A stretch of DNA of 63,598 nucleotides, filler included, from Reticulomyxa filosa (lineage: Eukaryota; Protista; Foraminifera): the NCBI GenBank assembly GCA_000512085.1. It is 14 parts of 14 records of this genome, joined end to end, with 100 filler letters (N's around TTAATTAATTAA, not from the genome) between each part and the next. Parts side by side here need not be neighbours in the genome. Positions count along the whole stretch, not along the records: positions 9,026 to 14,585 come from ASPP01006125.1; positions 14,686 to 20,091 come from ASPP01023651.1; positions 20,192 to 25,702 come from ASPP01027233.1; 11 more parts are not named here. One strand, 5' to 3'. Both the position numbers and the translations under genes were made by a program. How positions within the stretch are numbered: the stretch's first letter is position 1; each line of letters opens with the position of its first letter. The notes beneath the pieces are model-generated. The model was not told the origin of the DNA. It saw only the letters and a list, made by a program, of their open reading frames with translations, and did not search any database. This document shows positions 11,391-24,578 of this stretch, piece by piece.

Positions 11391-14168
11391 ATGGTCTGTT
11401 GTAATTGCGATTGTTGCAAAAGAATATGCAAATGTTTCGGAAACTTGCTTGGAGTGGAATGTTGCGGGAGAGCACTGGATAAAGAGCCTTTAGCTCATGT
11501 GGTACCTTCTAAGGACCGCTTTTGCACGGACGTACCGTTTTTAATATTGTTTGTGATGATGCTATGCTCTCAAGTATTTTTAATAAGTTATTCGGTTTCT
11601 CGAGGCGCAGATCCTTCTTGGTTTGTACACAAACACCATAGTTCATCACAGTATTTTTTTTTATATATCCAAGACAGACAAATTAATAATAAACCTCAAA
11701 AATAAAAAGGCTATTTCATGGTGTAGACATCAACGGCACTGTTTGCGATCATAACCACCTTGGTGATAAGTACTTGGCCATGTGGCCTGACGCAACTTAT
11801 TACAACCTACTGCTATGTACCGATCAGTGTAACCGGACAGCCACTGATTCCAGGATTTATCGAACATACAAGTCGGAAGAATGTAAGATTACATTTGTTG
11901 TGTTAAAAAGAATTTTTTAGTAGAAAAAAAATGATCCACCTTTTTTTTGGAATTAAAACGAAAAAGAAAGAAACAGTAAGTATCAAAGAAGTGTTCATTT
12001 GGCCTTTCAGTGGTTGTTTGTTTTGATTGATAAAGGGCTTGGTGCGTGGTGTTTACCCGTGGACATTACGAATCTGACATTATGGGATTCTCCTAAACAC
12101 TCAGCAAATCGAGCCATGGGTGATGTTGTAATTGCTCGTTGGATGATTGCCGCAAGGTAAACAAGAGTAAAGAATTTATTTTTTCAAACAAAAAAATTTT
12201 TTTTGGTTAATTTGGATTGACCGATATGAATAAATTACATATGCCAAATGTACGCATCCTTTTTTATTTTTTTTTTTTGCGTGTTGAACTCACATAGCGC
12301 AGGAATTGCATTGATTTTATGTTTCATGTATATGTCGTGCATTGGAACATGTGGTTGGGTGATAGTATGGATGACAATTACACTCTCCATTGTTGGAGGA
12401 TTTTTATTAGGTTACGCAATGATACAAAAAGGTCAAGAACTAAAATCTGTTGGCTGGTATTACACCGGAAATTTTATGTATGGCTCTGGGATCACTTTGT
12501 GTAGCTTAGACGCTGTTTTCACTTTGGGAATCATATTTATGAGGTTATAACGCATATGTTATACATACATATGTACTTATACGTACCGAAATATGTATAA
12601 CTTGAATATAAATGGGTACTTTTATACTATATGTATTGTCGATTATAATTAATCACATACGCATTCTGCACTTTTTTTTTTTTTTTTTTGTATGTGTTGC
12701 GAATATTACAGGAACCGAATTCGATTGGCAACACGAGTAATTCGTGAAGCATCCAAAGCAATGGAAGATGTGCCAACTATAGTGTTCTTTCCTTTGGTCT
12801 GCTTTCTTCTCGCTTGTGGCTACATGTGCTTTTGGATCGCAACTGCAGTTTATATTTACAGTGTTTCAGTTGTGGTGGAGTACCCTCTACCAGATTATTT
12901 GCAACAAACTATTGGCCAAGAATTTTACAAGGTAAGGTTTTTATTTTGTGTATTTAAAAAAAAAAAAGACAATTGAAAAGAGTGCCCCCTTTTGTTTTGG
13001 AAAATGATATAGTCATCTCAGTTTGATCCTTCAATGCAAAAAGTGCTGTGGTACCATTTCTTTGGAATGATCTGGGCGTTGCAATTCATAATATACTTTA
13101 CATACACAGTCATTGCTCACGTATTTGCTACATGGTATTTTAGTCGATGGGATGACAATGAAAAAAAAGTGCGTGGGAAAAATCCAAATGAATTACCTCC
13201 ACATCCTATTTGGAACGCGTTTTGGGTCACCACCAAATTTCACCTGGGTACATTAGCTTTGGGCTCTTTAATCATTGCCATCATTAAATCCGTTCGTTAT
13301 ATGCTAACTTATATCCAATCCAAAGCTCACGGCAAACATAACCCAATTGCTGTCACTTTATATGCCTGTGCCAACTGCATTTTGAAGGTTTTTATGTATT
13401 TATTTTAACAAAATATCTGTGTGCGTACACAACAAAAGCAAACGTCATTTGCTACTATGCTTTTTTTTTTTGTTTGGTATGTACTGTGAAAGTGTATCGA
13501 GTGTTGCGTTGATGCGTTGAACAAGAATGCATTCATATTCACTGCAGTTTATGGTACACCCTTTTGCTATTCCGCACGATCTGCTTTCAAATTATTATTT
13601 GATAACTTAGCCAGAGTTGCTGCTATTTCAATTGTTTCCACTTATTTGGAATTTTTAGGCAAAGTCGCCATTACTGTTCTAACTACTGGAATTTGTATAT
13701 TTGTGATGGATCAATACTCGTTGTATGCAAGACAAATGTCAAGCTACCTCTTTCCTGGTGTTGTTAAGTCGCATTATTATCTGTTTTTCCTAAAATAAAA
13801 ACATTGAAACAAGGTGGGGTGTGTTCATTAACAAACAGGCGATATTGGTATTGTCTTTTGCAGTAGGCAGCATTTTTATGATTGTATTTGAAGTAGCAAT
13901 TGATAGTATTTTCTTTTGTTTTTTGATCGATGAGTATTGCAATCGTTCAAAAGGAACAATGTTTGCCAGCAAAAAACTTTTAGAAGTCATTGATTATCAG
14001 GCCGCTGCATCAATCCAAGAAGCTTATCACATGAAACAAAGTGAATTTGCACATCAATTGCAAGAGAGAGAACTTACTGAACTAGAGAAAAGGGGCACCA
14101 TTGTGGCATTGGAAAGACTAGACGATGATAAATATAATAAAGATATGGAAGATATGCGACCATTTTAG
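11391..14168 (+). CDS. SLC44A: Choline transporter-like protein (CTL/SLC44 family), multi-exon
   Basis: N-terminal RFCTDVPFLILF, multiple TM exons, RIRLATRVIREASKA, HLGTLALGSLI, NKNAFIFTAVYGTPFCYSAR and DSIFFCFLID are SLC44/PNS1 family motifs. Confidence 0.9.
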
Positions 14169-14585
14169 GTCAAATGTTTGTGTACGTGTCATTTTTATTT
14201 TTTTATGTGCTGTTTTTGCGTGACATAACTGGACAGCCCGAGTAGTCGTTCATTTTTACTATCTTTTTTGTGCAGTTTTTTTTTTCATTATGTCGTCACA
14301 AGGTTCTCCTATATTAAGTCTGTTACTACGAATCTCCATTTTTTACACTTTTATGTATCATTTCTTAACCATTCAATAGCTCACTATATATTTTTCGCTT
14401 CACATATACATCTCAGATTACTCATAAAAGAAAAAGTGTTTCATACAAATAAATTTTGCAACCCGAAATGATTGATAAAGCACAAAAAATATATTCATTT
14501 TTTTATTATATCTTTATTTGTGACTTTTTTTATTATTAAAAAAAAACTATAAATAAATTTTCATGTAACACTAGTTGGACTATAC

Positions 14586-14685
14586 NNNNNNNNNNNNNNN
14601 NNNNNNNNNNNNNNNNNNNNNNNNNNNNNTTAATTAATTAANNNNNNNNNNNNNNNNNNNNNNNNNNNNNNNNNNNNNNNNNNNN
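14586..14685. other. Artificial contig linker
   Basis: 44 N + TTAATTAATTAA + 44 N. Confidence 0.98.
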
Positions 14686-16308
14686 TTTTTTTTTTTCTCT
14701 CTCTTGCGCCCCATTATTATTGTTACTATAGTTTGTATAATAATTCTAATGTTCAAATTGTTAATTCTCTAACCGTACATAATATACACATATACATAGG
14801 TACGTATATATGCATATACATATACATATATATATATATTATACCTATATATACCCCTCTGTAAAACAAAAAAGAAAGTGTAACGGTTAGCAGAAAGCCA
14901 TTGCTGGTCTGTTGGCCATGCATCCATGACGACAATGTATTTCAAGCTAGGACAATGGGCCTTGGCTTCGACAATGACGGGAACAACGTCGACGTCACAA
15001 ATGACAAGCTGTATTCCGGCGTGTCCGATGATGTATTCCACTGCATTTTTTCCCAAACTCGTGTACAATGGCACTGTCACAAAGCCTTGCGTTTGATTGG
15101 CAAAATCTGTCAACAGCCACTCTGGTCGATTTTGAGAGCAAATGCCAATTTTTGTTTCATTGCCCTATTTTTTTTTTTGAGAAGGGGGGGGAGGGGGGAA
15201 AAAAGGACAGAAAGGAGGGGGAGTTTTGCTGTGGGTTAAAAAAAAATAAAATAAAAATCAGTTGGCGCTTAACAGGGTTCAATTGCAAGGCACGTAATCC
15301 CGCAGCAATGTTCGAAATACGAGTGTTAACTTGATCAAATGTGATAAATTCATATTCTCCACGACTTCCATCCGCATTGAATTTTCGGACCCCTTTTTTT
15401 TTTTTTTTGGTTTTTTTTTTTGTACATTATACGTGCGAAGGGTATTGTGTTTTTTTCTTATTTTGAAAAAAGAAACATAAAAACCTAAGAATGGTAATTT
15501 GGAATGCTTTTTGCAGCAATTTCGAATGAAGTAACCAAGATTGGGCTCACTTGGGTCGTACGTCACCAATTCCACGGTAGAACGAATGATCACATTATGC
15601 GGGTTTTCATCATCTCCGGGCAATTCTAACCAATACGAACAAGTTGTGTTTGTGCTCGTATTATCCACTAAGCCCAATGATTGAACACTTGCACTTTTTT
15701 GTTTATTGTTGTTTTTTTTTTTTTTTAAAAAAAAAAGGATTAAAAAAAAAAAAAAAGCACCTGTTCAATAACAGCCGTTCCGACCAATTCTTAAGTAATT
15801 GGATATTCTCTGGTAACGTCTTCAATGATTCAGACAATAAAAATTTCAGGTCCTATTTTTTTTTTTTGTCTATGCTTTTCATAACAGGCTCAAAAAAAAA
15901 TAAAAATAAAAAACATAATGCCCCAAAGCTTTGTGTTCCCATCTAAAAATGTGACACTTTTTTTTTTTTGAAACTGACCAGCAAGGTGTCGTTGGGGTCC
16001 ACTTTCAGATTATGGGTATCTTCTCGCTTCCCTTTGACTTGGACAATACCGGTCGGCTTTCTCACACGTGATACACACTGAACGTCTGGAAAAATTAATG
16101 AGGAAACGTCTTGTGACGCCGAGTTTAATATTATCAATTGCTGGTCAAGTGGCTGAATGTTGTGCGTTTTATGGATCTTGCGCTTTAGCTCACATAATAA
16201 TCTTGTCGAAAACCGATGTTGCTGTATAAATGAAAGTTGGGTGGTTGGACGTTCGGCCAGCTCGTACACAACTTTCTCTCCATTGCCAAAATGCACTTGT
16301 ACTTTCAT
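14686..16308 (-). CDS. Long-chain acyl-CoA synthetase with two N-terminal ubiquitin-like domains, 3'-truncated
   Basis: ATG at 16308. Introns 15853..15978 and 15694..15760 join LKRKIHKTHNIQPLDQQLI (UBL1) and LKVDPNDTLL|DLKFLLSESLKTLPENIQLL..LLLN|SASVQSLGL (UBL2) in frame to PFLG|VRK..GEYEFITFDQV..IAAGL and IGICSQNRPEWLLTDFA..VTVPLYTSLGKNAVEYIIGHA (ACSL/LACS N-terminal motifs). Confidence 0.8.
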
Positions 16309-16711
16309 TTCTTCGAATCTGCCGCGGGTTTACTCCAAACATTACATTCTGAAAAAACTTTTCTCTGCCGTTTGTGCTCATTTGATTGTATTTTCAAAAC
16401 ATTTAGTGTTCTTTTGTAAGTGAAAATAACTAACTTTTAAGCGTTATATATACCTCGTCTGCTTCCTTTGCTTGTAAAAAAAAGTATTAAATCATCATAG
16501 GATCGTGTGGGTTTTGGACTGTCCTTTTCGGATGTTGGTTAAAATGTTAATTATGATAACAAAAAAAAAAATAGCCGGCAAGGTTTCCGAGCAAAAATTG
16601 ACATTAACAAAGAAAATATTATGACAAATGGAAACGTGTAGGACAGAAGAAGAGAAGAGCGAATGATTCATAATAGATCAGTCAATTCGATTTAACTTAT
16701 CAGGAGTGGAA

Positions 16712-19125
16712 TTAATTTCCGTGCGATGAAATTGCAAAAAGTCCTTTTTTCTTTTTCTTTTTACCATTTGTTTCAGAAGAAGGGGACTCATTGTTAGGTG
16801 TGTGCGTATTCGCATTCAAAGCGAAAAAGGATTTATCTTCTCCAATGTTGTTGACAGCAGTCCACAGGTTTGTGGCCTCAATACTGACCAGGAGCTCACC
16901 TTTAGTTCCGGTCAAGGCATCATTTTGTCGATCAAACAAAGGTAGCCATGTTTCTTGGATATGATCTTTGCGCGGTTTCAAATTCATTGTGACTTGATGT
17001 TGTCCCATAAAGTCGTCATTGGAGATTGGATTCCAATCCATTAATTCAAATGTAATTACAAATTGTCCTATTTTATTTTTATTTTATTTTTTTTTTTTTT
17101 TAAGGGGAAGAAAAAAAAAAACACATACGCACATACAAAACCCAAACACAAAGCAATTGCATCAAGTATTTGACTGTCCAAATTGACAAAACCATAAAAC
17201 AATACAACAAACCTGTTTTTCGAATCGCACGTAAAGTGTTATCATCCAAGTCAAAGTCTAAGGGTTGCTGCCATGCCGGGTTTAATGTCCGACGAATGAC
17301 TCGTGTAGAATTTGTGACAGAACTAACTGTCACTTTCACATCTTATTTTTCCAAAATACACGCACACAAATTAAATAAAATCAAAACAATAAATTTGTAA
17401 AATAAAAAAATGTATGTATTAACAAGGATCCGATGTTCCCGTTAAGTCCATGATCGGGACATTTTTAGCTGCATGAACAATGACTCTTAAAATGCCGTGC
17501 ATATCGCAAAAATCCAACAACTATGTATATTCGATAAAAAAAAATAATTAAATACACACATATACATATATCCCCCCCCCCCTTCTTTCTCTATCTCAAT
17601 GCTCTCATTAATTAACTAAAGGTTGATTTTTGTCTCGAAATTGGACAAAGTTTTCTACATAGGTTTGAGCTTCTTCGTCCATGCGATGTGCTAAGACATG
17701 GAGCACAGGATGATCGTGAATTCGTTTCAATCGGTTTCTTTGGCGAGAGACTTTGTCGGCGACATTGACCAGCGAAGGCATGTGAGAAATAGCGTTATTG
17801 GCAGCTCTTGCTTTCGCTCTTTCTTCTTTTTCTTTTTGTTCTTTTAACTCTTGCTCTTTTTCAAGTTTTTTTTCGTAATCGGATCTCTCAGCCATAATTA
17901 ACACATGTTTCAAAATGAGGTCTTTGGTGGTATGTTTCATCAATTCGACGACGTCGTTATACGAAAACAAAGGATGTTCGGCATCGGCCAATGGGTGTCT
18001 TTGCTTGTCGAAATCAGTTTCGTTGAAGCTGTGGAACATTTCCAAGATTTCTTCAAAGTCTTGCACAATGACAATGTTATCGGATGTCTCATCTTCTGCC
18101 CATTCAAACAACCTCGGCGTGCGACCAATGAGCACGTCTGACATACGTTTGCTAACCACATTGGCGATGTAAATGGTCAACATGCGCAAGTCTTTATACC
18201 GAAGGTACTCGTCGCATTGGCACAAGTATTCATGGATCCTGCTTATCAGTCGCAATTTGAGTGCCGTCGTCGATTTCACTTTTCTTTGCTCGTACAACTC
18301 AAATGAAAAGTAGTGTTGATTTTGGACATCGATCAGCTGACACGACATCTGGCAAACGGCGTGACGAAGGGCCGCTTCAACACACGTTTTGCTGTCATTC
18401 AAAAATCGTTGCGCCGATTGGATTAATTGTTCATGAAAGCAATTGAATTTATCTTTTAAATGCTGTAAATAGTATAAGATAGACCACATAATATATACAT
18501 ATATGCATATATGTTATTATGTGATCTCAATATACACCAAAACATAAATCAAACAAGACGAAACTGGCTCTTTTGGAGCTTCAATTTTTTCGATATGTTC
18601 CAAAAGACGCTTACCGACGTCAACAATGATCTCTTGAATGCGTGAAATGCTGGACAGTTTTACGCACACGTATTTCAGCTCTTTCTTGAATTGGTCCTCT
18701 TCTAACAGATGTCTGTATTGACAAAAAAAAAAAAAAAAAAAAAAAAAAATAGTGTTTATTTCTATTTCTATTCACATTTATTGAAACTTACACTTCTCTC
18801 ATATTTTCAGTGACCAAATCAATATTTTTGATCATTATGTTGGGACTTGAAGGCGACGTCGGAGAGGAGATTTGCAAGGCTTTGTTGATTTCTCTCGCGC
18901 CATCCATGACATGTTCTTGCATGGTATCAAAGGTAGAATAGATCAAGCCAAAGGCTTTTCGATTGGCTTTGCCAATTTCGTCAATCCCTTTGGCAAAGTT
19001 TTTCAAAACACGAGCTGCAACATGTTTGCGCCCTTTTTTGCTCACAGCAGTTTCAGCTGTTTTGGTTTTTCTTGTTTGGTTGTCTTTTAGCGCTTCGTTA
19101 TCAAAAGCTGTAATTTCCCCCCTAA

Positions 19126-19156
<31 letters not shown>

Positions 19157-20091
19157 GTATATGTACATACATGTATTAATAAACAAAATAAATAAATATA
19201 TTTATTAATTGAAAAAAAAAAAGACATACAGCAAAGTCAGCAAATGAGCCATTGATAATTTTGACAACGTATTCAATTAAGAAATACAATTGTTGGAAAA
19301 ACTGGGACGCAGTGGCCATGGCTTCGATAGGGAAGCCTTGAATGTTGCCAAAGAAGGCATTGATTTCATTATCCAAAAAGACAAAGGAATCAGTGGCAAA
19401 GTTGGCCCAAGCGATTTTGTTATCATTGAATTGCCATTCGTCAGAGGTCTTTCTACGCCGAGCGGTTATGGTGGAATCGGCATCCGATTGCTTTTTGTTC
19501 TGTTCTTTTTTTTTTGTTCGAGTTCTTTGGTCACATGTGACTCCCACGTTTCGTCTTCGGCGGCCCGCATGATGGCATTGGACGTGCGATGCAACGACTG
19601 TTCCATCCAATTCTGCACACGCATCGTTACTTCGAACTGCACGAAATTGAAGATTTCATTCACGCGTTGATGTGCCGCCGACTGTCCCAGCTCATGGAAT
19701 GCCTTTGCGGATATCCTTTCTCCAAACATTTCCGTTATTATGCTGTCGCGATGTGTGTGCCAATGTTCCTGTTCCAAAGGCAGGTCATCTACATCATCAC
19801 GATTGTGTTGATGTTGATGATGATGTTGGTGATCGTGGTGATGCTGGTCATGAGTCTGCTCTTTGGTCAGTTTGGTCTGTTCCTGTTGTTCCAACAGCAC
19901 GTAGTTGTAGCACAATGTCTGTAGACGCACTTGCAATCGATAGGCCCCGGCGAGCAGAGTGCGATAGGTGATGTCCAAACTCTCTGGATTCGATGCGAGC
20001 AGATTGATTATGTCACTTACAAATTTTAACGCCAATGCTTCCAATCCATTCTATATAACAACAACAACAAATACATTTTATGTTTAAAAAA
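16712..20091 (-). CDS. Helical (MUN/CATCHR-like) region + C-terminal C2 domain; Unc13/Munc13-like, 5'-truncated
   Basis: The C2 domain is clear across exons (GILRVIVHAAKNVPIMDLTGTSDP, TRVIRRTLNPAW, MDWNPISNDDFMG). Upstream helical exons include WMEQSLHRTSNAIMRAAEDETWE and VLHVLAHRMDEEAQTYV, reminiscent of MHD1/MHD2. The MUN assignment is inference. Confidence 0.6.
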
Positions 20092-20191
20092 NNNNNNNNN
20101 NNNNNNNNNNNNNNNNNNNNNNNNNNNNNNNNNNNTTAATTAATTAANNNNNNNNNNNNNNNNNNNNNNNNNNNNNNNNNNNNNNNNNNNN
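20092..20191. other. Artificial contig linker
   Basis: 44 N + TTAATTAATTAA + 44 N. Confidence 0.98.
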
Positions 20192-20226
<35 letters not shown>

Positions 20227-21049
20227 GAAACCACACAGTCTCCATTATTGCAATGGATCGAACAAGCAAAGTTGTCGACAGTATTGCAATTGATTGTTTG
20301 ATCGATTATTGCATTATCTTCATTTGATTCCAACTCACACGATGCAACATTCCCTTTTTTTTTTTAAGTCAAATAATGGAATACAACAAAATACACAACT
20401 GTTTTTATTCACTTTGGATATTTTCAATTTTATATGTATGTATATGCTATTCATTGTTGCGTGGTGTTGGTGTCGCTTGATTTGAGTGAGGGGAGAGAAA
20501 AAAAAAACATTTGAAATTGAAGATTCATTTGTATGGACCGACCATAGCATCCAAAGACCCCATTTCGACACGCTTCGGCATTGCTGCATTGCTGACGACA
20601 AAAAATGTGGCTTGAAAATCCCCAAGTCTGCTTGTTGTGTCCTGGTCCGACATGAGATCCGCAATGCACGTGCACTTGTTCACATGCTCCATCCGCGCCC
20701 ACACACAATGTGCTTATATTCTTCCCACTATACACATTTACATTCCTACATGCACCCTTTCCTAAGCATTCCAATTGTACTCCTAGCGCTGATGTTGAGG
20801 CAGGGCATATTATGTTCATGTTGTTGCATGGGAAACTTTCTGTTTGGTTATTTATTTTTTTATTTTTTTTTTTGCGCAACTCTATTTTCCTTCTCTTCAA
20901 AGTTCAAAAAATATTTATTATTTTGTCTCTTTACGGTTGCAGAACACTTTGTAAATGGAGTTGCCATCGCAATTGAGATTTCTTGTTTGTATTAAAGCAA
21001 TCCCTGATATCGATAAAATTGATATGCAAAATAAAATTAGTTTAGCCAT
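20192..21049 (-). CDS. Secreted/surface cysteine-rich repeat protein, 3'-truncated
   Basis: ATG at 21049 gives the signal-peptide-like MAKLILFCISILSISGIALIQT, followed by short Cys-spaced units (CLGKGACRNVNV, CVGADGACEQVHVHC, CSNAEACRNGVFGC). Confidence 0.65.
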
Positions 21050-21466
21050 TTCAGAGGATATAGCGTTTTGCTCCCCAACGGTTTTCTTCTGCGTCCCTCA
21101 AAAGGTTACAAACGCGCTTTGTGGTTGTGTGTTTTGAAAGCAAACCAAACTTTTGTTATTCAAATAAAATAAAAAAACTGTAGTGATAAGGAAGACAATA
21201 TTTATCCCATCGAATACAAAAGAATTCATTTGAAAACTGCACGTCTATCGGTTCTATTTTTTTTTTTGCAACAACCAACAAAAAAGACAACAATTATGCT
21301 TAGTCCTCCATCAAGCATTTTTTCATGTACAGAATTACCAAAAGTTGTTTGTATATTGTAGTGTTACACCAAAGTGTACTTGGCGTGCTTTTTGGTCAAG
21401 AAATAATTTGATTAAAAAAAACTCGTTTTTTCGATTAATAATCTGAAATTGTGAAAAAGAGTGAAG

Positions 21467-23770
21467 ATGTCCAGCTGGCATGGCAGGATAGTCAGCAAAT
21501 TGAGTAGTCGGACCTTGGTGCAAAAGAGCTATGGTCATAGACATTTCTCTCTGCGCACGATTCCCAACGTGGTGAGAACGCAAGATGGGGCACACATCCC
21601 AGATGCAGTGTTGCCATTTAATTTTGACTTTGTAGACGACAGGTTGAGAAAAGCATTAGTTCGTCGCAAAATAAATGTAGATGAAGTGGAACGGTTATAC
21701 AACAGCCAAGTCCGCAATGACTATGAGTTCAACAGCCCGGCATTGCCGCAACAGGATTCACCATTATGGGGCTACGTGTACGGTGAGCATTTGGTGCGAT
21801 CAAAGGTCCGCTTAGAAACACTTTCGAAAGAGGAAGAATTTTTACGTAAATACTTACAATGCACCGTGGACGAATTGACCACTCGAATGAAGCGATATTA
21901 CCCTCAATTGGACTGGCAAAGTCGCTTTGAATACGAAATCGCGCAAGTCAAATTGCCCATTAACGAAGAGCTAGAAGATTGCTACGCCGACGCAACCGCC
22001 GAAGTGATCAGCCGATCTCCCAGCGCTTACATTTCTTTCCATAAAAACAATGCCTTCATTCAAAAGTATGACGACAATGACGAATTCAAAGACCATGTTA
22101 ACTAAAAAAAAAAAACAAAAAACCACATACTTTCATGATGTTCATTGTGGGGGTCCTTAAGAAACCAACGTTCACTTGTAACTATAATTTTTTCAAAATT
22201 TCTTCTCTTACCCCCTTTTGCTTTTTAGACATACGTATTACTTTACTTTTTCTTTTTTTACGTTTTTTTTTTTTGTTTGTTTGTTTAAAAAAAAAATCTT
22301 TCAATTTTGTTGAATTGGATTGGTGATGTGTAAACAGCTTCCACAACAATTGGAAAAGAAACTTCTCGCATATTATGAATTTTTGTGGGACCATTCCTCC
22401 TCAGTTTATTTTTTAAATTTTTTGCTTATTGTCTTTGATTGATATTTTTATTTTTTGTGTTTTTTTTTTAAGCTTTCTATACACACATACTGCACAACAT
22501 TTATATTGTGTATCCTACATATAAGCATACATTAAAAAAAAAAAAAATTAAAAATAAATAAAAACAGAAAGTAGACAAAAGCAAATATTTTGGAAAAATG
22601 AAAGCTGTTGACAAAGCATTGAGCCCATTGGAAGCCTTGTCATCGCAATTTCGAAAGAGCTGGGACGGATTTGTTGAGGAAAGCTTTGCTCAATCGGATA
22701 TTGCAGCCGTTTCGTCAGTGATAAGTATTGTGCAAGATTCAACAAGCGTGGTGGACGTCAAGACAGGGAAGTCAGCGAAGGAGTTGGTTGATGAAATTTG
22801 GAATATTTTGGACTTTGGTTCGCGTTCGTTGAGCCCCGCGCAAGCTACACTGTGTGGAAATTTATTTTTCGGAAAGGGTTGCACTGACAACTTGGTGGAT
22901 AAAGATAGTCACAAGGTGAAGAATATTCTCGTTAACACCGATTTGGAACGATTGAAAGTGTTGCGACAGGCCGTTGAAGTCAAAGAGTATTTAAAGAATC
23001 ACTCGATAAGTCGTTTATTGATAGGAGTGTTGATTCATCAATTCCCAGTTAAATTTGCCCCATTATTTACTCAAGAATCAGCTTTGCAATCCTTTGTGAC
23101 TCAAAACCAAACCTCGTTTGAAACGTATGCTTCTCAATTAAAGACATTGTACGGTGCCCAAGAAACCTTTGCAGAGTCGTTGCGACAATTTAAAGATTCC
23201 ATTCGCGAAAGCACAAATCTCAAATGCTGTGCTATTTTTAATTCTTTCAATGTATTGAAAGCACATGTGAAATTGACGGATCAGTGTCCTTTGACCATAT
23301 CTTTAGAGAGTGCAGCAAAACGTGCACAAGAAAAAGGTGATATTCATGCAGAATTGAAGCTGAGAAGTACTTCCAAATATTTGAAAACTTCCAAGAATGT
23401 ACCTTGGTATAAATTATTCCGTACTATTAACGCACCTCGAAGAGGTGAATTTTGTGGTGATGGATTGGAAGCCATAAGCACGTATGCAGCAACTAATGGA
23501 AATGAAGCCTTTGAAACTTTATTTAAGAGTATTGTGGAATCACTTAAGTCGAATGCTTTGTTGTCTTCTGAAGTTAATACAATCAAATCCAGTTTAGCCA
23601 AACAATGGGAACAAGTGCAGAAAAATGCAGTCAAAGTCAATGAAGCAAGAATCAACGCAAACAATGCGCTTTATCAAATCCAACTTCAACATGATGATTT
23701 GAACTTTAACCGAATCAGAGATAATTACAATCCTTTGGATATTTACTTGTCCAACTATAATTATCTTTGA
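21467..23770 (+). CDS. ~632-aa putative mitochondrial protein with ATP synthase subunit d-like N-terminal region (3 exons)
   Basis: Exons 21467..22096, 22338..22403 and 22568..23770 join in phase 0 via GT-AG introns, merging ORFs 21461 and 22598. R/S-rich, acid-free presequence; subunit d-like segments (see findings). Confidence 0.6.
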
Positions 23771-24578
23771 AAAAATAAATAAAGATGAAATTTGCTGTCT
23801 TTGTTCATCTTCAAACTTTTTTTGATTTTGATGGATTGATTATTGTCAATAAATTGACCCAAAAAATGCAAGCAACAATATCTTAATATCAATCTATTTT
23901 AATCAAACACGAACCAATTCTTTTTTAAAAATATTTCAATTCTGCAAGATATTGCTAGATGTCATTTTAGCAATTCAAAAGCGAAAATCAAACACTTTAA
24001 ATATATAATTACATTTATAAGAAACAAATGCAAAACTGACTACGAGTAAAACTATTGAAGATTTGCATTGAAGTGATTGTAAAATTGGTTGATCTCCTAG
24101 TGATGGTAATAAAAGTTACGATTTAGGTGATTGTGACTTCTGGAACAATTTTGCATAACAGTTGCAGTGTTTAATATTGGAATACCTCTTGTTAATGTAT
24201 ATCTCACATGAATAAAGTATGAATTCAATTTTTTGTGAATTTTTTGATCATTTCACAAAACAAAACCTTTTCTGTGGTCAAAATGTATTTGTTTGAACAC
24301 TTTTTTGAAAACCACTGAAATTTTACCCCAAAAAAATTGTTATATTGTTTGGGCAGGTTGCAAATAGTGTTTGATATTTTAACAAATATTTGTGGGTTGG
24401 TCGTAGCCAACTTGCATTGACAACCGCAAAAAAAACAAGCTAAGAAGAAAAAAAGAGTTGAAGCCTGGCAAAATTTGAAGTTTCGACAAGATTAGAATTA
24501 GATAGTTGTTTGTACTGCAAAAAGTTTGAAAAAAAATCCTTTTTTTCAGTTTCAAAGTTTTTAAATCTTTTGAGAATA

